Positions 23,967 to 32,600 are shown, counted from the first letter of the stretch. The stretch: 64,000 bases of DNA from Acidobacteriota bacterium (GCA_965217775.1 CBDCJH010000002.1:5536001-5600000); one strand, 5' to 3'. Made by a program: numbers and translations. The notes: a model not told the origin generated them from the sequence alone.

Positions 23967-24027
23967 CCTCGAATTGGGGGACAGGGATGTCCCCCTTCCC
24001 AATGGGGGACAAGGATGTCCCCCCTCC
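23950..24027 (+). repeat. ~79-bp composite REP unit (copy 2), overlapping the E2 stop codon
   Basis: GGAGCGTGGGTTTGTAACCTCGAATTGGGGGACAGGGATGTCCCCCTTCCCAATGGGGGACAAGGATGTCCCCCCTCC; inverted match to 21539-21617. Confidence 0.8.
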
Positions 24028-24094
24028 ATGTCCCCCTCTCGTATCCTTTACGCCAACTTGGGACGCAAGCTAGAATGACCCGACCTCTGGTCCC

Positions 24095-25300
24095 ATGAGA
24101 CTTTACGAGTTCGAGTCGAAGCAGCTTCTGGCCCGGAGTGGGATCAGGGTTCCCCGATCTCAACTGATCACTTCAGCCTCTTCTTTTTCCCTGTCTGAAG
24201 ACCTCCTGCCCGGAATCGTCAAAGTCCAGACCTTGAGCGGAAAGCGGGCCCTGCGGGGCGGAGTTAAGCCGGTCGACGATGTCGACGCCGTCAGAGACTT
24301 TGCCAAACGATTCCTGAAGCAGGGATTCGGGGACGAACCGGTCAATCGCATTCTCCTGGAAGAACGGATCGACTTCGCAGCGGAATACTTCCTAGGCATC
24401 ACCTACGACAGCCGTGCCAGGAAACCCCTTCTGCTCTTCTCCCGCCATGGCGGCGCGAATATCGAAGAGACCGCCCGGTCGAGTCCGGACCTGGTCAAGA
24501 CCCAGTTGCTACCGCCCGGCGGAGACGTTCGCACCTACCACGCCGTCGAATGGCTTTCCGAGTGGGGTTTTTCCGCAAAGCTGCTGCTGCGTCTGGCGGG
24601 CCTGGTTCGCAAGATGGCCCGCTTGTTTCACCGCTACGACGCTCTGCTCCTGGAGTTCAACCCCCTGGCGAGCACGGCTGCACAGGATCTGGTGGTCCTG
24701 GACTGCCATCTGGACATCGACGACGATGCGCTGAAGCGCCAGTCGCTGGACTTCGAGGGGCTGTCGAACCGGATGGAGGGCGCGCGCCAGCCAACCGAAT
24801 TCGAGCAGCAAGCCCGCGAGATCGACCAACTCGATTACCGCGGCGTCGCCGGCCGGATGATCGAGTTCGAGGGCAATCTGGGACTGCTCATCGGAGGTGG
24901 AGGCGCCAGCCTCACCGCCTTCGACGCGGTGCGAAACTCGGGAGGGACCCCCGCCAACTACTGTGAGATCGGTGGCAACCCGACGGTCAAAAAGGTGCAG
25001 GAATTGACGAAACTTCTGGTCAGCCGGCCGGCCGTCGAAAAGCTGGCCGTGATCATGAACGTGGTCAGCAACACCCGGTCGGACCTGGTGGCCCGGGGTG
25101 TGATCAAGGGGATGGTCGAGGCGGGCAGAGACCCGGAGCAGACAATTGCCGTGTTTCGTCTCCCCGGCGCCGGCGAAGAAGAGTGCAGGAAGATACTCAA
25201 GCACTACGGCATCCCCTTTTGCGGACGGGAAGTGTCCATTGACGAGGCCGCCGCCCTGGCGGTCGCGCGGGCCGGGAACACGGCGGATCAACGCGTCTGA
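24095..25300 (+). CDS. ADP-forming acyl-CoA synthetase beta subunit (SucC/ATP-citrate-lyase-like ATP-grasp)
   Basis: MRLYEFESKQLL, ILLEE, EYFLGI, LEFNPL; ligase loop GGGGAS and PANYCEIGGNP differ from canonical SucC. Confidence 0.85.
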   Translation: MRLYEFESKQLLARSGIRVPRSQLITSASSFSLSEDLLPGIVKVQTLSGKRALRGGVKPVDDVDAVRDFAKRFLKQGFGDEPVNRILLEERIDFAAEYFLGITYDSRARKPLLLFSRHGGANIEETARSSPDLVKTQLLPPGGDVRTYHAVEWLSEWGFSAKLLLRLAGLVRKMARLFHRYDALLLEFNPLASTAAQDLVVLDCHLDIDDDALKRQSLDFEGLSNRMEGARQPTEFEQQAREIDQLDYRGVAGRMIEFEGNLGLLIGGGGASLTAFDAVRNSGGTPANYCEIGGNPTVKKVQELTKLLVSRPAVEKLAVIMNVVSNTRSDLVARGVIKGMVEAGRDPEQTIAVFRLPGAGEEECRKILKHYGIPFCGREVSIDEAAALAVARAGNTADQRV

Positions 25301-26211
25301 TGGGAATACTGATCGATCGGAGCACCACGATTCTGGTTCAGGGGATCACCGGGCGTGAAGCCAGTTTCTTCACGCGCGAATCTCTCGATTACGGGGCCCG
25401 GGTCGTGGCCGGAGTGACTCCCGGAAAGGGAGGCCAGGAGGTCTATGGAATCCCCGTCTATGATTGTGTGAAGAACGCCCTTCGCAACCACCGGATCGAC
25501 GCCGGCGTGGTCTCGGTCCCTCCCTTCGCGGTCCGGGACGCTGCCCTGGAAGCCGTCGAAAACGGAATTCCCTTGCTGGTCATCATGACGGAGCGCGTCC
25601 CGCGGCGGGACGTTGCCGCCCTGTTGCACTTTGCTCGAGAGAACGGCACCCGTGTCATCGGTCCCAACAGCTTGGGCCTCATCTCTCCCGGCGAGTCCAA
25701 ACTGGGAGCCGTGGGCGGCAATGTCGAAAACACGCTGCGAACCTTTACCCAGGGACCCGTGGGAGTCATGTCGCGCAGCGGCGGGATGACGAGTGAATTC
25801 GCCAATCTCCTGGGCCAGGAAGGGCTCGGCCAGTCCACTTGCGTCAGCGTCGGAGGGGATCCCCTGATCGGCTCTACTTTTCAGGACCTGTTCCCGTTGT
25901 TCGAGGAAGACAAGCAGACCCGGGCGGTCGCCCTCTTCTGCGAACCCGGCGGGATCATGGAGGAGGAGTTCGCCCGATTCTATGCTGCCCGGACCGATCC
26001 GAAACCGGTGGTGGCCTTCATCGCGGGGAGATTCGCCGACCGGATGCCGGGCACCCGATTCGGCCATGCTGCCGTGATCGTCGAGGGAGACCGCGGCAGC
26101 ACCAGGAAAAAGAGAGCGCTCATGAAGAAAGCCGGGGTCCACGTGGCCGAACGGCTGTCGGATGTCCCGAAAATCATAAGGGGGCTGCTGAGCCATGGGC
26201 ATGTTCATTGA
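25300..26211 (+). CDS. ADP-forming acyl-CoA synthetase alpha subunit (SucD-like)
   Basis: VQGITG, GVTPGKGG, IGPNSLG, SRSGGM, VGGDP, phospho-His FGHAA; translationally coupled to the beta subunit. Confidence 0.88.
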   Translation: MGILIDRSTTILVQGITGREASFFTRESLDYGARVVAGVTPGKGGQEVYGIPVYDCVKNALRNHRIDAGVVSVPPFAVRDAALEAVENGIPLLVIMTERVPRRDVAALLHFARENGTRVIGPNSLGLISPGESKLGAVGGNVENTLRTFTQGPVGVMSRSGGMTSEFANLLGQEGLGQSTCVSVGGDPLIGSTFQDLFPLFEEDKQTRAVALFCEPGGIMEEEFARFYAARTDPKPVVAFIAGRFADRMPGTRFGHAAVIVEGDRGSTRKKRALMKKAGVHVAERLSDVPKIIRGLLSHGHVH

Positions 26212-26419
26212 GGTCGCGGTTCGGGACCCGGGCTTTCTCAAGACCGGGGAATCCCGCAAGCTGCTGGCGGCCTGCGCCGTGAACATTTTCGAGCCGGCGG
26301 AGGAAGGAGTCGCCGTCAATCGCGATCAGGAAGACGAATGCACGCTGTGCGGCCGCTGCCTCGAGATTGCAGGCGACCGTTTGGAGATCGTGAAGCTCTA
26401 CGAGAAGGCTGAACTATAG
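26195..26419 (+). CDS. Small ferredoxin-like protein (probably one 4Fe-4S cluster)
   Basis: 74 aa; ECTLCGRC plus distal C in ACAVNIF; overlaps the upstream stop. Confidence 0.75.
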   Translation: MGMFIEVAVRDPGFLKTGESRKLLAACAVNIFEPAEEGVAVNRDQEDECTLCGRCLEIAGDRLEIVKLYEKAEL

Positions 26420-26468
26420 ACGGGATCTAGGCTTTCTCCCTGCGGAGAGGTAGGGGAGAGGAAAGAGC

Positions 26469-27446
26469 ATGCGAGAGATCACCTACTCACAGGCCATCAA
26501 CGAAGCGATTCGGGAAGAAATGCGCCGCGACTCCGACATCGTCCTGCTGGGCCAGGACATCGGTGTGTACGGTGGGACCTTCGGGGTCTACCGGGGACTT
26601 TGCGAGGAGTTCGGTGAGGACCGCGTCCGTGACGGGCCGCTTTCGGAGGCGGCCACTGCGGGCTTCGGGATCGGTCTCGCCGTGGCCGGCATGCGGGCGA
26701 TCGTGGAGATCGAGTTCATGGACTTCTCGCCGCTGATCCTGGACGCGGTGGCCAATCAGGCCTCCAAGATGCGCTATTTCTTCGGGGGCAAGGTCAAGGT
26801 CCCCCTGGTGCTGCGGATGCCCAGCGCCAGCAAGCTGGGACTGGGCGCCCAGCATTCCCAGAGCCTCGAGGCGTGGTTCATGCACACTCCGGGTCTGCTC
26901 ATCGCGATGCCGGCGACCCCCTACGACGCCAAAGGACTGCTGAAGACCGCCATTCGCCAGGACAATCCGGTCATCTTCATCGAACATGTCCGGCTCTACG
27001 CCACCAAGGGAGAGGTGCCCGAGGAGGAGTACCGCCTGCCCTTCGGCAGCGCCCGGATCGTTCGCGAGGGTACGGACATCACCGTCGTGGCCATCGCCAT
27101 GATGGTCCAAGAGGCGGTTCAAGCCGCCAACGAGTTGGAGAAGGAGGGGATCAGCGTCGAGATCATCGATCCCCGCACCCTGGCTCCCCTGGATGGCGAG
27201 ACCATCGTCGAGTCGGTGAAGAAGACCGGCCGCCTGCTGGTGACCCACGAGGCCTACCGGACCGCCGGGGTCGGGGCCGAGATCGGGCAGGTCGCCCTGG
27301 AGGGTGCCTTCGACTACCTGATCGCCCCCATCCGCCGCGTCGCCGGCAAGGACCAGCCGATCCCCAGCGGACCGTTGCAGGACGAGGTCTTTCCGGACCG
27401 CAACAAGTTGGCCGCGGCCATCAGAGATCTCATGGAGGAGGGATAG
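26469..27446 (+). CDS. 2-oxoacid/acetoin dehydrogenase E1 beta subunit
   Basis: GQDIGVYGG, FGEDRVRDGPLSE, EIEFMDF, AQHSQ, EIIDPRTLAPLD. Confidence 0.92.
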   Translation: MREITYSQAINEAIREEMRRDSDIVLLGQDIGVYGGTFGVYRGLCEEFGEDRVRDGPLSEAATAGFGIGLAVAGMRAIVEIEFMDFSPLILDAVANQASKMRYFFGGKVKVPLVLRMPSASKLGLGAQHSQSLEAWFMHTPGLLIAMPATPYDAKGLLKTAIRQDNPVIFIEHVRLYATKGEVPEEEYRLPFGSARIVREGTDITVVAIAMMVQEAVQAANELEKEGISVEIIDPRTLAPLDGETIVESVKKTGRLLVTHEAYRTAGVGAEIGQVALEGAFDYLIAPIRRVAGKDQPIPSGPLQDEVFPDRNKLAAAIRDLMEEG

Positions 27447-27451
27447 GAGTC

Positions 27452-28435
27452 ATGACAGAGCAGGCCCAAAGCGCCGCGACCGTCAGCTCGGACCAGGCTC
27501 TGGCCTGGTACCGCCAGATGGTCCACATCCGGAAGTTCGAGGAGAAGGTGGTGGAACTCTCCGGCAGGGGACTGGTCAGCGGTTCCACCCACCCCTGCAT
27601 CGCCCAGGAGGCGGTCTCCGTGGGCTGCATCTCCGCCTTGAGCGCAGAGGATATGGTGCTGGCCACCTACCGTGGCCATGGCGCGTTTATCGCCCGGGGC
27701 GGAGACCCTAAGGCCGCAATGGCCGAGATCCTCTGCCGGGAGACCGGTTGCTGCAAGGGCAAAGGGGGGTCCATGCACCTGTGCGACCCCGACATCGGCT
27801 TCCTGGGAACCAACGCCATCGTGGCGGCTCATATCCCCATTGCCTCGGGTGTGGCCCTGGCCAACCAGTTGAAGAAGACCAATCGGGTGACCCTCTGCCT
27901 TTTCGGCGACGGGGCCTCGTGTGAGGGTGCCTTCTACGAGACCTTGAACATGGTCGCCCTCTGGAAGATTCCCGTGGTGCTGGTCTGCGAGAATAACGGC
28001 TACGCGATTTCGGTCCCGACAAAGAAATCGTTGAGCGTTGCCGAGATCGCCACCCGGGCTCAAGGTTTCGACATGCCCGGAATTTCCATCGACGGGAACG
28101 ACATTGCGGAAGTCTACGAAACCACGAAGCAGGCGGTGGAACGGGCGCGCGACGGTGGGGGGCCGACCCTGATCGAATGCAGGACCGTCCGCTGGGAACG
28201 CCACAGCGCCCTCTCGGCCGGATTCTACGAATCGCGGGAAGAGAGAAAACGCTGGCAGGTCGTGGATCCTATCCCGAGGTTTCGCACTGTCCTCACCGAG
28301 GAGATGTCCATCCCGGCATCGGTACTGGAAGGGATCGAGCAGGAGGCAGCCGAGGCCGCCGATGAAGCCGCGGATTTCGCCATCCGGAGCCCCTTTACGG
28401 GCACGGCGCAGCTCGAACAAGATATCTTTGCTTGA
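27452..28435 (+). CDS. 2-oxoacid/acetoin dehydrogenase E1 alpha subunit (TPP-dependent)
   Basis: True start ATG 27452 (AGGAG RBS); GKGGSMH; TPP motif GDGA..(x)..ENN; GGGPTLIE; RHS. Confidence 0.92.
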   Translation: MTEQAQSAATVSSDQALAWYRQMVHIRKFEEKVVELSGRGLVSGSTHPCIAQEAVSVGCISALSAEDMVLATYRGHGAFIARGGDPKAAMAEILCRETGCCKGKGGSMHLCDPDIGFLGTNAIVAAHIPIASGVALANQLKKTNRVTLCLFGDGASCEGAFYETLNMVALWKIPVVLVCENNGYAISVPTKKSLSVAEIATRAQGFDMPGISIDGNDIAEVYETTKQAVERARDGGGPTLIECRTVRWERHSALSAGFYESREERKRWQVVDPIPRFRTVLTEEMSIPASVLEGIEQEAAEAADEAADFAIRSPFTGTAQLEQDIFA

Positions 28436-28441
28436 TCGCCG

Positions 28442-28500
28442 GGAGGGGCGATTTCCAGTCGCCCTCCCCTCGGAGGAACGGGGCAAGAATGCCCCACTCC
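28442..28500. repeat. Pair of inverted GGAG-foot REP palindromes
   Basis: Plus GGAGGGGCGATTTCCAGTCGCCC; minus GGAGTGGGGCATTCTTGCCCC. Confidence 0.7.
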
Positions 28501-28536
28501 CAATGGGTTGTTTCTGAGTCAGAAGGAGAACCCGAA

Positions 28537-29598
28537 ATGAGTCCCCAGGAATCCTCCGGTCCGAGAGTGATTCTCTGCGGTGTCGGAGGCGTCGGTCGCA
28601 GAGTGACCCGTCTGTTGAGCGTCCGTCCCGGCTACCGGGTCGTGGCGGCCTACACCAGGAACCGGGACTTGGCTGGTCAGGACCTGGGTAGTTTGGCCGG
28701 TATCGAACCCAACGGGATCATCGTCACCACCGACCGGGACGCCGCCCTGCGGCAACCCGCCGACATCGTGATCGTCGCCACCACCTCATTCCTGAGAGCG
28801 GTGGCGCCCGAACTGCGAGCGGCGGTGGAACACAACCTCAACGCCATCACCACGGCCGAGGAGGCGGCCTTCCCCTGGCTGACCGACGAGGCACTCACCG
28901 ATGAACTGGATCAACTGGCGCAGGACCGGGGGGTCTCGCTCCTGGGGGTGGGACTGAACCCCGGCTTCATTTTCGACGCGCTGCTGTTGACGGCCACCGG
29001 ACCGGCCTGGGATGCACGCAGGATTCGGATCAGGCGGGTCGTGGACGTCTCGCGGTTCAGCGCCACCATCCAGCGGCGGTTGGGCATCGGTTTCTCCAGG
29101 GAGAGGTTCGAGGCGGGGGTCCGAGCCGGAACCATCTTCGGCCACATCGGCTTTCCTCAATCCTTTCATCTGGCCGCAAAATGTCTGGGCCGGACGCTGG
29201 ACGACTACAGGAAGTCGTTCGAGCCGGTGATCGCCGAGCGCCCCTTTTCCAATGACTTTCTTACGGTCCAGCCGGGCCAGACCGTGGCCTTCATTCAGCG
29301 GGACGAGGGGGTCATCGGCGGAAAACCCTGGATCGATTCCGAGTTCGTCGCTTTCATTGATCCGTCCGCCGGAGATTTCGTCGCGCAGGACTCGATTTCG
29401 ATCCAGGGATACAACCCACTGAATCTGACCATCAGGCCGGGCTGCCAGCCGCAACTGGGGTCGGCGGCCATGGTGGCCAATTCCATCCCCAAGGTGATTG
29501 CGGCGAAACCCGGCTTCCGGACCGTGGCGGATCTGCCGCCCCTCTGCCCGCCGCCGACGGACAGCGACCGGTTGGCGGAAGCCGCCCGGAACTGGTGA
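28537..29598 (+). CDS. NAD(P)-dependent amine dehydrogenase family (2,4-diaminopentanoate dehydrogenase/DapB_N-like)
   Basis: GVGGVG Rossmann; ITTAEEAAFPW; GVGLNPGFIFD; GHIGFPQS; NSIPKVIAAKPG..T..DLP; RBS AAGGAG. Confidence 0.8.
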   Translation: MSPQESSGPRVILCGVGGVGRRVTRLLSVRPGYRVVAAYTRNRDLAGQDLGSLAGIEPNGIIVTTDRDAALRQPADIVIVATTSFLRAVAPELRAAVEHNLNAITTAEEAAFPWLTDEALTDELDQLAQDRGVSLLGVGLNPGFIFDALLLTATGPAWDARRIRIRRVVDVSRFSATIQRRLGIGFSRERFEAGVRAGTIFGHIGFPQSFHLAAKCLGRTLDDYRKSFEPVIAERPFSNDFLTVQPGQTVAFIQRDEGVIGGKPWIDSEFVAFIDPSAGDFVAQDSISIQGYNPLNLTIRPGCQPQLGSAAMVANSIPKVIAAKPGFRTVADLPPLCPPPTDSDRLAEAARNW

Positions 29599-29621
29599 TC
29601 CAGGGAGTTCGTCCAGCGACC

Positions 29622-30764
29622 ATGGACAAAATACGAACGATACAAGTCATTCCCCTCATCAGACGGTTGGACCAGGTCTTCAGCGGAAGCACCTACCAGA
29701 TCGTTTCGCGGAATACGATCTACGCCCGGATCGAGACGGAAGGTGGGATCGTCGGCGAGGCCTTCGGAGGGGACGAGGACATCCACCAGGAGAAGGTGGT
29801 CCGGATCGCCAATGAAAGTCTGGCGCCCCGCCTGATCGGCAATGAGATCTGGCCGGTGGAGCCGCTCTGGCGCAAGATGTTCACCACCCCCGATCTGCCG
29901 CTGCACAACCGCGGCATCCACGCCTTGGACATGATCAACCACGCCATCCTGATGCAGGCCATCGCCATCATCGACATGGCGATCTGGGACGCCGTCGGCA
30001 AGTCCTTCGGCAAACCTTTGTGGCAGTTGCTGGGCGGGTTTAGAAGCCGAGTCCCCGTCGTCGGGATCGGCGGTTATTATAAGCCGGGTGCGTTGGAGGA
30101 GTTGGGCGAGGAGATCCAACTCTGCATCGATCTCGGCCTGGCGGGAATCAAACTGAAGGTCGGGAAAGCCTCGGTCGACGAGGACATCCGCCGAGTGGAA
30201 TACATTCGGAAGCACTTTGCCGACACCTTCGTGCTCGCCTGTGACGCGAACCAGGCCTGGACCTACGAACAGGCTCTCCGGTTCGCTCAAGGTGTCGCGG
30301 ACCTGAACCTGGAGTGGCTGGAGGAACCCGTCCGCTGGTACGACCAGTTGGAGGGGTTGAAGCGGTTGAGGAGCTCGACCGCCATTCCCCTGGTCGCCGG
30401 GCAAGGGGAGATCTCCAAATGGGGGTGCCGCGACCTCATCCTGGGCGGTTGCGTCGACACGCTCAACGTCGACGCCACCATCGCCGCCGGCATCACCGAG
30501 TGGATGAGGATCGCCTCCTTCGCCGAAACCATGGACGTCAACATGGGCCACCATGAGGAGCCCCAGGTTGCGCTGCATATGTTGGGAGCCATCCCCAACT
30601 CCACCTATGTCGAGATCTTCCATCAGCGGGAACGGGACCCCATGTGGTACGAATTGGTGGCTGATCTGCCCCGCATCTCCGGTGGCTTCATGTATCCCAA
30701 CGACGCCCCCGGACTGGGCTGGCACTACAATGCCGAGGTCATCGATCGATACGGCCAGCCGTGA
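29622..30764 (+). CDS. Mandelate racemase/muconate lactonizing enzyme family (putative acid-sugar dehydratase/racemase)
   Basis: IDMAIWDAVGK, KLKVG, DANQAW, WLEEP, GQGE, PGLG. Confidence 0.88.
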   Translation: MDKIRTIQVIPLIRRLDQVFSGSTYQIVSRNTIYARIETEGGIVGEAFGGDEDIHQEKVVRIANESLAPRLIGNEIWPVEPLWRKMFTTPDLPLHNRGIHALDMINHAILMQAIAIIDMAIWDAVGKSFGKPLWQLLGGFRSRVPVVGIGGYYKPGALEELGEEIQLCIDLGLAGIKLKVGKASVDEDIRRVEYIRKHFADTFVLACDANQAWTYEQALRFAQGVADLNLEWLEEPVRWYDQLEGLKRLRSSTAIPLVAGQGEISKWGCRDLILGGCVDTLNVDATIAAGITEWMRIASFAETMDVNMGHHEEPQVALHMLGAIPNSTYVEIFHQRERDPMWYELVADLPRISGGFMYPNDAPGLGWHYNAEVIDRYGQP

Positions 30765-30830
30765 CCGGCATTTGTCGCCGCCCCGACCGGTCACCTGCTC
30801 GTTGGCTCGAAGAGCATCCCGATCTCGTCT

Positions 30831-31592
30831 ATGACTGAGGAGCAATTCCACGGGATATTGGTCTGGACGATCTTCCTGACCGCCGTTGTGAGCTTCGCGA
30901 GCCTATTGGTTCTGGCTGCTCCCTACGGCCGGCACTACTCCGGGAAGGGCTGGGGACCGCACATTTCCAACCGGACCAGTTGGGTCCTCATGGAGCTTCC
31001 GTCGGTGGTTCTCTTCCTGTTCGTTTATTTCGCTGGAGCAGCCGTATTCCAGACTGTTCCGCTGGTCCTTCTCGGAGTCTGGCAGTGCCACTATCTCAAC
31101 CGGACGTTCGTCTATCCTCTGCGAACTCGAACCGCAGGCGAGAAAATGCCTCTCGTGGTAATGGCTTGCGGCTTCACTTTCAACTCGATCAACGCCTACG
31201 TCAACGCCCGTTTCATCTCCGAATTCGGTGAGTATGGGTCGGAATGGCTGGCCGACCCGCGATTCCCGGCCGGTCTCGCCATCTTTCTGGCCGGTCTGGC
31301 CCTGAACGTCCACTCTGACAACATCCTTTTGAACCTGCGAAAAACCGGGGAGTCCGGGTATGCGATTCCTCAGGGCGGCGCCTTCCGTTACGTCTCGTGC
31401 CCGAACTACCTCGGGGAAATAATGGAATGGGCGGGCTGGGCGCTGGCGACATGGTCGCCGGCTGGACTGGCCTTCTTCGTATACACCGCGGCAAACCTGA
31501 TCCCGAGAGCGCGCAGCCACCATCAGTGGTACCGGGCGCGGTTTCCTGACTATCCCGCCAACCGAAAATCCCTGATTCCGGGCCTGATCTGA
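30831..31592 (+). CDS. 3-oxo-5-alpha-steroid 4-dehydrogenase (steroid 5-alpha-reductase family)
   Basis: APYGRH, WVLMELPS, HYLNRTFVYP, NVHSDNILLNLRK, GGAFRYVSCPNYLGEIMEWAGWA, NLIPRARSHHQWY. Confidence 0.9.
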   Translation: MTEEQFHGILVWTIFLTAVVSFASLLVLAAPYGRHYSGKGWGPHISNRTSWVLMELPSVVLFLFVYFAGAAVFQTVPLVLLGVWQCHYLNRTFVYPLRTRTAGEKMPLVVMACGFTFNSINAYVNARFISEFGEYGSEWLADPRFPAGLAIFLAGLALNVHSDNILLNLRKTGESGYAIPQGGAFRYVSCPNYLGEIMEWAGWALATWSPAGLAFFVYTAANLIPRARSHHQWYRARFPDYPANRKSLIPGLI

Positions 31593-31619
31593 CCGTCGCC
31601 AGCACGACTCGAAAAAAGA

Positions 31620-31672
31620 TTGACAGCGGCCACAAGAACTCTGTATTGTAGAGTAACTCTGTATTACAGAGT
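31620..31672 (+). promoter_or_regulatory. Sigma70-type promoter with two tandem palindromic operators
   Basis: TTGACA (31620-25), 18 bp, TATTGT; 18-bp tandem units AACTCTGTATTGTAGAGT and AACTCTGTATTACAGAGT overlap the -10. Confidence 0.7.
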
Positions 31673-31703
31673 AGTATGGTGACCCTGTACTGAGGAGGAA
31701 TCC

Positions 31704-32273
31704 ATGACCGACAACACGCAACTCAAGGAAGACATCGCATATGTTCGCGCCGTCGCCGAACGATCGAGGACGAAGCCTGTACGTCCAATTTATCTTCTGT
31801 GGGCGATGATCGGACTATGTGGATTCGTGCTGGTCGACTTCGTCGACGACAAGAAGTGGATTAGCATCTACTGGCTCTTCGCTGCACCGATCGGATTCGC
31901 GCTGTCGTTCTGGCTCGGTTTCCGGGCGGGTCGCAACCAGGGCGCCACCAGTCGAGAGACGGGAATTCGCCACAGTCTTCACTGGCTGGCGTTCATGACT
32001 GCTGGCGTGCTTGGTCTGGCGCTGGTCCATGCAGGACAGTTGACGTGGCAAGGATTCGGATCCCTGTGGGTTCTGCTTCTGGCGTTGACCTATTTTCAAC
32101 TCGGGCTGCACTTGGAGCGGCGATTGTTGCCTATCGGAGTTCTGATGGGGGCCGGGTATCTGGTCACGGTCTGGGTGCCGAAATTCGGCTGGACCGCCAC
32201 CGGAGTCGTGCTTGCCATCGCGCTCGTGACCGGAGCCTATCTCGGAGCACCGAAGAGTGAAACCGCCGGCTGA
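31704..32273 (+). CDS. Hypothetical membrane protein (~6 TM)
   Basis: RBS GAGGAGG; LKEDIAYVRAV N-terminal helix then hydrophobic segments; coupled to the downstream regulator. Confidence 0.75.
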   Translation: MTDNTQLKEDIAYVRAVAERSRTKPVRPIYLLWAMIGLCGFVLVDFVDDKKWISIYWLFAAPIGFALSFWLGFRAGRNQGATSRETGIRHSLHWLAFMTAGVLGLALVHAGQLTWQGFGSLWVLLLALTYFQLGLHLERRLLPIGVLMGAGYLVTVWVPKFGWTATGVVLAIALVTGAYLGAPKSETAG

Positions 32274-32586
32274 TCCCGATCTGCCCGCACTGGATGAGCT
32301 GGAAGTGCTCAGCGGGCTCCTCGAGCATCGCGTGCGGCTGGCGATTTGCGTCCTGCTCTCCAAGTATGACGCCATGTCGTTCACTCGCCTCAAGCAGGTG
32401 CTCGGCGAGACGGACGGGAGTCTCGGCGCTCATCTCCGCAAGCTGGAGAATTCCGGCTATCTGGACGTGGAGAAGGCCTACCGCAACCGGAGACCGGTCA
32501 CCTGGTACCGGCTCAGCACCGTCGGGCGGACCAACCTGAAACGGCACCTTGCCGTCCTGACCCAACTGATCGATCGAGCGGAATAG
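32257..32586 (+). CDS. Winged-helix transcriptional regulator (HTH_34/ArsR-MarR-like)
   Basis: HRVRLAICVLL..MSFTRLK..TDGSLGAHLRKLENSGYL..K..RRPVTWYRLS..GR. Confidence 0.85.
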   Translation: MKPPADPDLPALDELEVLSGLLEHRVRLAICVLLSKYDAMSFTRLKQVLGETDGSLGAHLRKLENSGYLDVEKAYRNRRPVTWYRLSTVGRTNLKRHLAVLTQLIDRAE

Positions 32587-32600
32587 CCGCGGCTGACCTC

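Noticed and set aside
24095-26211. Assigning sucC/sucD gene symbols
   Set aside because: Substrate-loop motifs and context differ from TCA succinyl-CoA synthetase
26873-27451. 520-aa extended E1 alpha ORF as a fusion
   Set aside because: The extension overlaps E1 beta in another frame; a clear RBS and ATG lie at 27452
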